The notes under the pieces are model-generated. The model searched no databases. It had not been told where the DNA came from and saw only the letters and a program-made list of their open reading frames with translations. This document shows, one piece after another, positions 31,560 to 41,800 of a stretch of DNA of 64,000 nt. This DNA comes from Longimicrobiales bacterium (GTDB taxonomy: Bacteria; Gemmatimonadota; Gemmatimonadetes; Longimicrobiales; Gaopeijiaceae). The stretch is from the NCBI GenBank assembly GCA_965203485.1, contig OZ241892.1:1888001-1952000 (forward strand). Direction: 5' to 3'. Position numbers and translations under genes: made by a program. Each line of letters opens with the position of its first letter. The stretch's first letter is position 1.

Positions 31560-32486
31560 CTACAGGATGGTCTTGCCCAGCGCCGACGCCACTAGGTCGG
31601 CGGCGAGCGCCGCGGTGTCGTTGCGGTGATCCAGAACCGGATTGAGCTCGACCACGTCCATGCTGGTCATCAAGCCCGTGCGCGCCGCCTTCTCGCACAC
31701 CAAGTGCGCTTCGCGATTCGTGAGCCCGCCCGGCACGGGCGTCCCCACGCCGGGCGCGAAACGCGGGTCCAGCGCGTCGAGATCCAGGGAGAGGTGAAAG
31801 CCGGCGGTCCCGTCGCCGACGCGTTCCAGAGCCTCGTCCATGCAAGGGCCGGCGCCGCGGGCGTCGATCTCCGACATCGTGAACACGCGCACGTCGAGCT
31901 CGCCGATCAGCTGCCGCTCCCCCGGGTCGAGTTCGCGCGCCGCAAGCACGCAGACGTTGGCGGGATCGACGGCGGGAAACGGACCGGCCAGCCTGGTCGG
32001 GCCCTTGCCCATCAGCGTCGCAAGCGCCATTCCATGGATGTTGCCGCTGGGCGTGGTTTCGGGGCGGTTCATGTCGGCGTGCGCGTCCACCCAGAGCACG
32101 CCGATCTTCTTGCGCCGCTCGCGGAAGTGGTCGGCAACGCCCCCAACCGACCCGATCGAAAGGGAGTGGTCGCCGCCCAACGCCAGCGGCATCTGGCCCC
32201 GATCGAGCGTGCGCGCGACCAGGAATCTCGTGCGCGCCGCCACCCGCGCCACTTCGTCCGCGAAGCGCAACGAGGGGTCCCCGGGGTCGGTCGTCTCGAA
32301 TCCCCCGGCGGTCACAGCGCCTGCTTCCTGCACGGTGCAACCCGCCGACTCGACCCGTCCGGCGATGTCCGCGATTCGCAGGGCCGACGGCCCCATGTCC
32401 ACGCCCCGGCGCCCGGCGCCCAAATCGATGGAAACCGAGATCAGGGCGACGCAGCGAGAACCCTCTCTTTGCGCGAGACCGTCCAT
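31560..32486 (-). CDS. rocF: Arginase
   Basis: [47 protein letters not shown] and VELNP ureohydrolase motifs. Confidence 0.93.
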   Translation of the reverse strand: MDGLAQREGSRCVALISVSIDLGAGRRGVDMGPSALRIADIAGRVESAGCTVQEAGAVTAGGFETTDPGDPSLRFADEVARVAARTRFLVARTLDRGQMPLALGGDHSLSIGSVGGVADHFRERRKKIGVLWVDAHADMNRPETTPSGNIHGMALATLMGKGPTRLAGPFPAVDPANVCVLAARELDPGERQLIGELDVRVFTMSEIDARGAGPCMDEALERVGDGTAGFHLSLDLDALDPRFAPGVGTPVPGGLTNREAHLVCEKAARTGLMTSMDVVELNPVLDHRNDTAALAADLVASALGKTIL

Positions 32487-32551
32487 AGCGCCCAAATGTC
32501 GGTTGGTCGCCCGGCCAAGTCCACCGTACGGCGACCCTGTCGTGTCGCGCG

Positions 32552-32944
32552 GTGGCCCACGGGTTGCGGGGCCGCCTGTCGAACCGGGCTCACGCGCCTC
32601 AGGTGCGCGAGCAGGTGTTGGCACTGGCGGCGGAGCCACTCTACGCGGGCACCGACCCGCGCGACGCGCATCGTCCGTTGCCGCCGGGGATCGACCTCGA
32701 GGCGTTGTTCGCCGAGACGGAGACGCGGGTCGTCGGACGCGACTGCACGGTGCGCTGGAAGAACGGCTTCTGGCAGATTCCCGAAGCGCAGGCTCGGGCG
32801 GCTGGCGTGCGGCCCGGGCTGCGGATCGTCGTCGAGCAACGTCTGTCGGGCGACCCGCGCTTCCGCCGCGGAGGGGCCGAATGACCCCACGACCGGACTT
32901 TTCCACTGCGCTCCACCCCTGGACATTTCTATTGCGGTTTGACA
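32552..32944 (+). mobile_element. Remnant of an IS1202/ISNCY-like insertion sequence, internally deleted, with intact right end
   Basis: The ORF fuses an N-terminal transposase segment (HGLRGRLSNR...REQVLALA..LYAG) to a C-terminal one (DAHRPLP..DLEALF..ETRVVGRDCTVRWKNGFWQI...VVEQRLSG). It is followed by subterminal repeats GGACTTTTCCACTGCG / GGACATTTCTATTGCG and terminal TTGACA. Confidence 0.75.
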
Positions 32945-32996
32945 CTCCAGACCACCCGCTCTTGCGGGGCTTGCGTGGATGTATGATCATTGAACA

Positions 32997-33530
32997 ATGC
33001 GACATCGACACCAGAAGAGCTGGCACGACGCCGCCGACCACAAGCATTGGGAAACGGCCTACTTTACGGCGGGAGGGCCGGTCGCTCCGACGCGGGACGG
33101 GGGCCTTCTTTTCTCGGCCAAGGCGCCGTTCAGAATCACGCGGTACGCGGACCTGGACGGCACCGGAGCCCAGCTGGTCGTGGAAGACGAGCGCATCGTG
33201 TCGTCGTCGGAGCGGGACCGAGCCGTGACGTACGGCCCAGGGGCGAAAAAGATGTTCAGGCAGACGTGGAGCAGGTCCTCGTTCCTTCACGAGCTGGAGG
33301 ACGGCGCCATCCTCAATGTGGTGGAGTTGTTCCCCGAGGAGGGCAGTTCGTCCAGCTTGTGGATCGTCGTGTCTCCCGACGGCGCCATCTTGGCGCGCAC
33401 GCCCGTGGCCAAGCGGTACACGGTTTGGAACGCGACCCCGGACGGCCACTTCCTCGCGACCTACTGGGACAAGGCGTCGCTCCAGGACTTCGCGGCCAAG
33501 CTGAAGGTGGAGGTCTTGCAGTCGCGATGA
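32997..33530 (+). pseudogene. Probable 5'-truncated beta-propeller-type protein (C-terminal half only)
   Basis: GGPVAPTRDGGLLFSAKAPFRITRY and IVVSPDGAILA blade-like segments; no signal peptide; begins just after the IS end; stop overlaps the next gene (ATGA). Confidence 0.55.
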
Positions 33531-34795
33531 CCGTCCGGCCGTCGCAAGCGACCACGACGACGAGCACGAGCGCCACGAGGGTCCGCTGGACCTTGGTGGC
33601 GGCGGTCATGGCGGCCGGTTGCTACGGGCCGGACGAATCGGCGGCCCCGGCGGCTCGCCTCGCGACGGTCTTCGACACCGTGGGCACATGGGTTCGGGTC
33701 TCGAACTCGGGTGCGGCGCCGGAGTGGAACTTGACTTTGGTCGCGTCCATCGGCCCCGGGCCCGACATGGGCGAGGCCACGCCAGGCGACTTCGGCGAGG
33801 CTGTCAGCGTGGCGCTGGACCCCGGCGAAGACGAGGTGTACGTCGTCGACCGGCAGAACTGCCGGATCAGTGTCTTCGGAGTGGACGGAATCCACCGTCG
33901 CACCTTCGGCCGATGCGGGGAGGGTCCAGGAGAGTTCTCGCCTTTCTTCTACTCGATCGCATGGGCCGGCGACAAGCTGCTGGCCTTTGATTTCGGCGGA
34001 GGCCGCATCGGCGAGTTCACAGCGGACGGGGAATGGCTGGGGCAACGAAAGGTGTTGGGGATGATGGGCGGTGGATCGACGTTCGCGCTCTACCCGGCCG
34101 GGTCGGGGCACGTGTACGCCATGTCGCTCACCGGCGGCCACGACGACGAATCGAACCAGTTCGGCGGCAGAAGGCTCGCTTCCGCGTACTTGGGGCATGC
34201 CGCCGCGGGAGAGACTGCCGACACCGTCTTCCCGCTCTCGCCGCCGGAGACTTCGGGCAACGTGACATGCGAATGGGGCGAGGGATACCTCGGCTTCTTC
34301 GCCAATCCCTATGCGGCCGGCTTCCTTCAGCATCCCGCCGCCGGAGGCACGCTCTACTCGGCCATGTCCGACGAGTACCGCGTCGTCGTCACCCGCGGAA
34401 GCGACACGTTGCGAGTGATCGAGCGTGAACTGGCCCCCGAGCCCGTCTCCGACGAAGAATGGGACGCGCTCTCGGACCGGTTCGGCGCGTGGCTGGACGA
34501 CAAGCCCGGCGCCTCCTGCCAACCCCGCAGCCCGGGGCGGCCTTCGGCCAAGCCCTTCTTGGAAGGCGTCTTCTTCGACGTCGCGGGACGCCTGTGGGTC
34601 GAAGTGGCGCGCACAGGCGGCAACCGTTGGGAGCTGTTCGACGCCGAAGGCAGGCTGCTGGCCCAAATGCCCGCCGGCAAACGCAAGAAGGCCGCGTTGC
34701 CCGCCCTTGGCGCCGGCCATGTGGCGACCATCCGACAGGACAGCCTCGACTTGGATCACGTGGACATTTGGCGAATCGAGGCGCCGACGCGATAG
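33527..34795 (+). CDS. 6-bladed beta-propeller lipoprotein, paralog B
   Basis: VMAAGC lipobox; long near-identical blocks shared with 30292..31536 (EWNLxLVASIGPG, HRRTFGRCGEGPGEF, IERELAPEP, WELFDAEGRLLA). Confidence 0.85.
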   Translation: MTVRPSQATTTTSTSATRVRWTLVAAVMAAGCYGPDESAAPAARLATVFDTVGTWVRVSNSGAAPEWNLTLVASIGPGPDMGEATPGDFGEAVSVALDPGEDEVYVVDRQNCRISVFGVDGIHRRTFGRCGEGPGEFSPFFYSIAWAGDKLLAFDFGGGRIGEFTADGEWLGQRKVLGMMGGGSTFALYPAGSGHVYAMSLTGGHDDESNQFGGRRLASAYLGHAAAGETADTVFPLSPPETSGNVTCEWGEGYLGFFANPYAAGFLQHPAAGGTLYSAMSDEYRVVVTRGSDTLRVIERELAPEPVSDEEWDALSDRFGAWLDDKPGASCQPRSPGRPSAKPFLEGVFFDVAGRLWVEVARTGGNRWELFDAEGRLLAQMPAGKRKKAALPALGAGHVATIRQDSLDLDHVDIWRIEAPTR

Positions 34796-34802
34796 GGCGA
34801 AA

Positions 34803-34886
34803 TGCCGGGGGCGGGGCTCGAACCCGCAAGGGATTTCTCCCGGGGGATTTTAAGTCCCCTGTGTTTGCCGATTTCACCACCCCGGC
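34803..34886 (-). tRNA. tRNA-Leu (anticodon TAA), long variable arm, CCA not encoded
   Basis: GCCGGGGTGGTGAAATCGGCAAACACAGGGGACTTAAAATCCCCCGGGAGAAATCCCTTGCGGGTTCGAGCCCCGCCCCCGGCA folds as a cloverleaf with a TTCGA T-loop. Confidence 0.96.
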
Positions 34887-35426
34887 GGGCATCGCGAAGG
34901 TCCGGCGAGGCGGATCGGGCGTCGGCGAGGCCGCGACGGAGCTTGCCAGCATTGCAGGCAGGCCTCTTGAAGGGATTCGCGGGGTCGGCCGACGATCGCC
35001 CTCGCCTTTCTGCACAATAGCCCTTGTCCGACGCCAAAGCCACCACCGTCGGAGCGACGGCGGCCAACTTCACGCCCCGAAAACAGGCGCACGCAAGCAA
35101 CGGTCCACCCTCTGTGCCCCGCCACGCCGTGCTCCGGACTGTTCCGGACTGTCTCGGCCCCTGAAGACCCAGTGCCCAAGCTTCCCCTTGCGAAGCGAGG
35201 CACGCTTGCGATGCAGGGGCGGCCAGCCTCGCCTCCCAGGGACGGCTTCGCACAGCGCCATTCAGCGGCGCGCTGGGAACGGCCCGTAGCTTGAGCATGT
35301 GTCCGGTAGTAGTTTCTGTTGGTCGCGCCTTCCCCGCCGGGAATGCGGCAAACGGGCGATTTCGCCCTTCTCCGATCAGCCCGCCGGGCCGCGACAGCGT
35401 TTTCAGCCATCGAATGGAGTCGGTGC

Positions 35427-38400
35427 ATGCGTATTTTCGACCGCGGCCCACTGGCGGCCGCATTGCTCGCGCTTTCCCCCTTTGCCGCGACGGCGCAGGA
35501 CGAGGACCTCGATCCCGACCGCGGCCTTCCCCTGGAGCCGACGCGCTGGGCCCGGTTCACCACGAGCGAAGGAACGTGGATCTCCCTCGACGTGAGCCCC
35601 GACGGCGGCACGATCGCCTTCGACCTCTTGGGCGACCTGTACACAATGCCCGCGGAGGGCGGCGATGCGACCCGCCTGACGAGCGGCCTGCCCCACGACA
35701 TGCAGCCGCGCTTCAGTCCGGACGGCGGCACGATCGCCTTCGTGTCCGACCGCAGCGGCGACAACAACGTCTGGCTGATCCCGGCGGACGGCGGCGAGCC
35801 GCGCCAACTGAGCAAGGGCGTGGGCAGTCGCTTTCTGTCGCCCGAATGGATGCCCGACGGCAAGTACGTGGTCGTGTCGCGCGCCGCGCCGCGCGCCGGA
35901 CTCGAGAAGCTGTGGCTGTACCACGTGGACGGCGGCACCGGCTTGGAGATGGTCGGAGGAGCCGGCGCCCAGCGCCTCCTGGGGCCCGCCGTGGGTCCGG
36001 AGGGACGCTACGTCTGGTACGCGCAACGCCGGGGCACCTGGAGCTACAACGCCATTTTCCCGCAGTACCAGCTCTGGATGTACGACCGCCGCACGGGCAC
36101 CCGGACGCCCGCCACGAGCCGCTACGGCTCCGCGTTCCGGCCGGCTGTCTCGCCCGACGGCAAGTTGCTCGCCTACGGCAGCCGCGAGGACGCCGACACG
36201 GGCATCCGCCTGCGCGACTTGGCGTCGGGGGACGAGCGCTGGCTCGCCTATCCCGTGCAACGCGACGACAAGGAGTCCACCGCCAACATGGACGTTCTCC
36301 CGGGCTACGCGTTCACGCCGGAGTCGGACGCGCTGGTCTTGTCGTACGGGGGGGGCATCTGGAGAGTCCCGGTGGACGGCGGCGAGCCGACCGAGATCCC
36401 CTTCACCGTCGAGGCCGAGGTGGCCGTCGGCCCGGAAGTGGAGTTCGAGTATCCCATCGAGGACACGCCGACGTTCACCGTCAAGCAGATCCGCAACGCC
36501 CGGCCCTCGCCGGACGGAAGCCGCATCGCGTTCGTGGCGCTCGACAGACTCTACGCGGCGACGTTGCCGGACGGAACGCCGGAGCGCCTCACGAGCGACG
36601 AGACGGGCGAGTTCGAGCCCGCGTGGTCGCCCGACGGCCGCTGGGTGGCCTACGTCACCTGGGACGACGACGCGGGCGAGGGGCACGTCCGGCGCGTCTC
36701 GGCGGACGGCGGACGGGCCGCGACGCTGACGACCGCGCCCGCCTACTACCGGCAACTGGCATGGTCGCCGGACGGCGAGCGGATCGTGGCCGCGCGCTCG
36801 GCGCGCCGCAACCTGGAAGAAGCGATCGAGCCGTTCGGGTACGACCTGGACCCGTACTTCGTGTGGATTCCGGCTTCGGGCGGCGCGGCGACCGTCATCG
36901 GTCCCACCGCCGGCCGCCGCAATCCGCACTTCACCACCGATTCCGACCGCATCTACTACTACGGCGCCGGGCGAGCGGCGCCGGTGCCGGGCTCGCCGGT
37001 CGCGCCCCCTCCCACGCTGGCGCTGAGCTCGGCTCGCTGGGACGACACCGACGCCAAGCTTCACTTGCGCGTCACGGCGCGCATCGACGTGGACGCGGGC
37101 AGCGTGGCGCCGGGCTACAAGCTCTCGCCGGAGTCCGGGCTCGTCATGCCGGAGGAGTTCGGCGACGAGCAGCCGCGCGAACTGGTGCCGCGGCGCTCGG
37201 CGGGCCTCGTGACGATGGCGCCCTCCGGCGACCAAGCGCTGGCCCAGGTGGGCGCCAACCTCTACGCGGTGACCGTGCCGGACCTGGGCGCGACGTTGCC
37301 GGTGGTGGACGTGTTCAAGCCGGACTCCGCCGCCGTGCCGGTGCGCAAGCTGAACGAACTCGGCGTGGAGTTCCCCGCTTGGGGAGCCGACGGACGAACG
37401 ATCCACTGGTCGCTTGGCAACGCGCTGTTCACCTACGACTTGGACGCGGCGGCCGACGACGCGGACTACGAGGCCGCCGAGCAACGGATACATGTCGAGG
37501 CGCCTCGCGACGTGCCCGAGGGCGTAGTGGTCCTGCGCGGCGCCACGGCGATCACCATGAACGGCGACGAAGTCGTGCGCAACGCCGACGTCGTGGTCGA
37601 GAACAACCGCATCCGGTCCGTCTCGGCAGGCCCGGGCGGCGTGCCCGAGGGAGCGAGCGTGATCGACGTGTCCGGCAAGACGATCGTGCCCGGCTTCGTG
37701 GACACCCACGCGCACATGTGGAATCTGTGGGGGCTGCACTGGGCCCGGCCTTGGATCTACTTGGCCAACTTGGCCTACGGCGTGACCACGACCCGCGACC
37801 CGCAGACGGCCACGACCGACGTGCTGTCGTACGAGGACATGGTGCGGGCCGGGAAGATCACCGGCCCGCGAGTCTACCACACCGGGCCGGGCGTGTTTTC
37901 CAGCGACGCGGTGCGGAGCTACGAGCACGCGCTCGACGTGCTTCGCAAGTACAGCGACTACTACGACACCAAGACGTTCAAGATGTACATGTCGGGCAAC
38001 AGGCGGCAACGACAGTGGCTGATCATGGCGGCGCGCGAGCTGGAGCTGATGCCCACCACCGAGGGCGGACTGGACTACCGGCTGAACATGACCCACGCCA
38101 TGGACGGCTATCCGGGCATCGAGCACTCGTTGCCCATCGTGCCGGCCTACCGCGACGTGGTGGAGCTCTTCGCCGAATCGGGGACCGTCAACTCGCCCAC
38201 GTTGCTTGTGACCTACGGCGGCCCTTGGGCGGAGAACTACTTCTACACGCGCGAGGACGTGTTCGGGGACGAGAAGCTGCTCCACTTCACGCCCAAGCGG
38301 GAACTCGACTTCAAGGCGCGGCGGTTGCAGACGACGGGGCCGGGGCCGGCCGGCTGGTTCATGGAAGAGGAGTACGCGATCGAGAAGCACTCGGGATGGT

Positions 38401-38801
38401 TGGTCGAACTCGTGGAAGGCGGCGGAAAGACGGGCGTGGGGAGCCACGGCCAGCTTCAGGGACTGGGATATCACTGGGAGCTGTGGGCGCTCCAGAGCGG
38501 CGGAATGGACGAGCACGACGCGCTTCGGGCCGCCACGATCATGGGCGCCGAGGCGATCGGGCTGGGCCGCGACCTGGGATCGCTGGAACCCGGCAAGCTC
38601 GCGGACCTCGTGATTCTGGACGCGAGTCCGCTGGACGACATCCGCAACACGAACGCGATCGACAGAGTGATGATGAACGGACGCTTGTACGACGGCGACA
38701 CGCTGGACGAGCTGTGGCCGCGGCGGAGACCGGCGCCGGCGGAGCCGTGGAGGAACACGGCCCCCGACGTGCGGGCCGGCATCAGGGGAGACGACCGATG
38801 A
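35427..38801 (+). CDS. Exported PD40/TolB-repeat plus amidohydrolase protein, copy 1
   Basis: Signal peptide; EGTWISLDVSPDG and many SPDG repeats; GKTIVPGFVDTHAH, IEH, GSHGQLQG and GSLEPGKLADLVIL motifs. Confidence 0.9.
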   Translation: MRIFDRGPLAAALLALSPFAATAQDEDLDPDRGLPLEPTRWARFTTSEGTWISLDVSPDGGTIAFDLLGDLYTMPAEGGDATRLTSGLPHDMQPRFSPDGGTIAFVSDRSGDNNVWLIPADGGEPRQLSKGVGSRFLSPEWMPDGKYVVVSRAAPRAGLEKLWLYHVDGGTGLEMVGGAGAQRLLGPAVGPEGRYVWYAQRRGTWSYNAIFPQYQLWMYDRRTGTRTPATSRYGSAFRPAVSPDGKLLAYGSREDADTGIRLRDLASGDERWLAYPVQRDDKESTANMDVLPGYAFTPESDALVLSYGGGIWRVPVDGGEPTEIPFTVEAEVAVGPEVEFEYPIEDTPTFTVKQIRNARPSPDGSRIAFVALDRLYAATLPDGTPERLTSDETGEFEPAWSPDGRWVAYVTWDDDAGEGHVRRVSADGGRAATLTTAPAYYRQLAWSPDGERIVAARSARRNLEEAIEPFGYDLDPYFVWIPASGGAATVIGPTAGRRNPHFTTDSDRIYYYGAGRAAPVPGSPVAPPPTLALSSARWDDTDAKLHLRVTARIDVDAGSVAPGYKLSPESGLVMPEEFGDEQPRELVPRRSAGLVTMAPSGDQALAQVGANLYAVTVPDLGATLPVVDVFKPDSAAVPVRKLNELGVEFPAWGADGRTIHWSLGNALFTYDLDAAADDADYEAAEQRIHVEAPRDVPEGVVVLRGATAITMNGDEVVRNADVVVENNRIRSVSAGPGGVPEGASVIDVSGKTIVPGFVDTHAHMWNLWGLHWARPWIYLANLAYGVTTTRDPQTATTDVLSYEDMVRAGKITGPRVYHTGPGVFSSDAVRSYEHALDVLRKYSDYYDTKTFKMYMSGNRRQRQWLIMAARELELMPTTEGGLDYRLNMTHAMDGYPGIEHSLPIVPAYRDVVELFAESGTVNSPTLLVTYGGPWAENYFYTREDVFGDEKLLHFTPKRELDFKARRLQTTGPGPAGWFMEEEYAIEKHSGWLVELVEGGGKTGVGSHGQLQGLGYHWELWALQSGGMDEHDALRAATIMGAEAIGLGRDLGSLEPGKLADLVILDASPLDDIRNTNAIDRVMMNGRLYDGDTLDELWPRRRPAPAEPWRNTAPDVRAGIRGDDR

Positions 38802-41800
38802 GCGGCGGCGAAGGGCGCGCATGGACACGGAAGGCCGCGGCGCTGGCCGTTCTGGCGGCCGCGTGCTGGCCGGCGGCCGGCGAGGCCCAGGGCCCGCGGC
38901 GAAGCGAGAATCCGCTGCCGTTGCGAGCGGACCGCACCGCCGAATTCACGGCCACCGAGGGCACGTGGATATCGCTGGACGTGAGCCCGGACGGACAGAC
39001 GATCGTGTTCGACCTGCTGGGCGATCTCTACACCGTGCCGGTCGGCGGCGGCGAAGCGTCGCCGCTGCTCGTCGGCATGGCGTACGAGACGCAGCCCCGG
39101 TTCAGCCCGGACGGCGAGACGGTCGCGTTCGTGTCGGACCGCAGCGGCGGCGACAACCTCTGGACGATGCGGCTGGACAAAACGGACACCACCCAGGTGT
39201 CGCGCGGGAACGGCAATCTGTTCCTCTCGCCCGAGTGGGCGCCCGACGGCGACTACATCGCGGTCAGCCGCTCGCCGGGACTGGGCGGCTCGGCCAAGCT
39301 GTTCCTGTACCACGCGGAGCGCGGCTCTCCGCTCGCCGTGGGCAACCACGCGGGCACGGTCAAGATGATCGGCGCGGCATTCAGCCCGGACGGCCGCCAC
39401 GTCTGGTACGCGCGCTCCTTCGGCGACTGGGAGTACAACGCGGTGCTGCCGCGCTACCAGCTGGCCCGCTACGACCGCGAGACCGGCACGACCACCACGG
39501 CCACGAACCGCTACGGTTCCGCCATGCGTCCCGCCGTGTCGCCCGACGGGCGCTGGCTCGTCTACGCGACCCGCTACGATGCCGACACGGGACTGCGCAA
39601 GCGCGACCTGGAGAGCGGCGACGAGGAGTGGCTGGCCTACCCCGTCCAACGCGACGAGCAGGAGTCGCGCGCGCCGCTCGACGTGATGCCCGGCTACGCC
39701 TTCCTGCCGGACGGATCGGCGATCGTGGTCTCGTACGGCGGCAAGATCTGGAACGTGCCGATGGACGGCAGCGACCCGGCTGAAGTCGCGTTCGAGGCGC
39801 CGGTCGAGCTGGCCGTCGGCCCGGAGGTCAAGTTCGGCTACCAGTTCGACACAACCGCCATGGTGACGGCCAGCCAGATTCGCAACCCCGTGGCGTCGCC
39901 CGACGGGAGCAGAGTCGCCTTCACGGCCTTCGACCGCGTATGGACCAAGAGCATGGACGACGCGGACGCCGAGGCGCAGCGGCTCACGGAAGCCGACGTG
40001 GGCGAGTTTCACCCGCAGTGGTCTCCGGACGGCCGGTGGATCGCCTATGCGACGTGGGACGACTCCGACGGCGGCCACCTCATGAAGGCGCCCGCGGGAG
40101 GCGGCGCTCCAGTGCGGCTCACGGCGGCGGCGGCGCTGTATTACAACGTGGCGTGGTCGCCGGGCGGCGACCGCATCGTCGCGTCGCGGGGAGCGGCCCG
40201 GCAGCTCAAGGAGGCGTCGGGGGCGTTCTTCGGCCCCTTGGGCGGCGAGTTCGTGTGGGTTCCGTCCGAGGGAGCGGCGCCTGTCGAAGCCACGTTGATT
40301 TCTCCGACGGGCTTGCGCGACGCGGCCCATTTCGTCCAGGACGATCCCGACCGCATCTACGCCTACAGCCCCGTCGAGGGCCTAGTCTCGTTTCGGTGGG
40401 ACGGCACGGACGTGGAACGCCATTTGGTCGTGCGCGGCCGCCAAGGCCTCGCCGGGATCGGCGATCCTCACGGCGACGCGTGGGAGTATCTGCCGCGACG
40501 CGTCTTCCCGTGGCGCAAGCGGCCCGCGGGCACGGGCACACCCGCCGACGGAGACGTGGACCCGCCGGCCGAGCCCGGCGGCATCGCGCCGGCCGGACTG
40601 ATCATGGCGTCGCCCCAGGGCGGCCGCGCCTTCGTGCAGATCGGGCGCGACGTCTACGTCGTCGAGTTGGCCGAACTGGGCGAGAGTCCGCCGACGGTCA
40701 ACCTGGTTAACCTGGGCGCGTCCCCATTGCCGGTGCGCAAGCTGACCGGCATCGGCGGCGAGTTCCCCTCGTGGGCGGCGGACGGCGGCTCGGTCCATTG
40801 GGCGATGGGCGCCGTGCTCTTCAGCTACGATCTGCAGGAAGTGGAGGCCGAGGAAGCCGAGGAAGAGGAGACGGCGCACGCCCGCGCGCTGTTGCGGGTG
40901 AGGGCCGCCGCCGTGTCCGACACGCTCGAGGACAAGCGGGCCGAGGCGGACAGCCTGGAGAAGGCGGGCGAAGACGTGCCCGAGGAGCTTGAAGACGAGA
41001 TCCGCAGGCTGGCGGCGGATTCCGTGCAGGTGGGGGCGGACTCGCTGGCGGCGCGCGCGGACTCGATCCGCATGGCGGCCGAAGAGCTGGCCGAGAAGGC
41101 CGCAGCGGTGAGGGACGGCGACGACGAGGCGCTTGCCGATTCGACCGAGACCTACGAGGCGCGCGAACGAAAGATCGAAGCCAAGATGCCGAGGGACGTG
41201 CCGCGAGGCACGATCGCGTTGCGCGGAGGGCGCGTCGTCACGATGGCCTCGCCTCCCGAGGGCGACTCCACCGGCGAACCGCATGTGATCGAGAACGGCG
41301 TCGTCGTGGTCGAAGACAACCGCATCGTCGCCGTCGGCCCGGCCGACTCCGTGGAGATCCCCGACAGCGCGCAGGTCGTCGACGTGTCCGGAAAGACGCT
41401 GGCGCCCGGCTACGTGGACACGCACTACCACGCGCAGTGGCTGGTGCCGGAGATCCACCCGGAGGAAGTCTGGCAGTACCTGTCCACGCTGTCCTACGGC
41501 GTGACGACCACGCGCGATCCGCAGACCGCGTCCACCGACATCTTGAGCTACGCCGACCGGGTGAACACCGGAGGCATGACGGGGCCGCGCATCTACTCCA
41601 CCGGCCCCGGCGTCTTCCTTGGCGAGAACATTCGCGACGCCGACCACGCCAAGTCGGTCCTGCGCCGGTACGCGCAGTACTTCGACACGAAGACGATCAA
41701 GATGTACATGACGGGCAACCGGCAGCAGCGGCAGTGGATCATTCAAGCCGCCCGCGAACTCGAGCTGATGCCCACCACCGAGGGCGGACTCGACTTCAAG

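Noticed and set aside
31560..32486. Arginase as a dedicated ornithine supplier for the olsB-like operon
   Set aside because: It is 10 kb away on the opposite strand with no sign of co-regulation, and the GNAT substrate is unproven.
32997..33011. MRHRH start resembling ribosomal protein L17
   Set aside because: The similarity stops after four residues.
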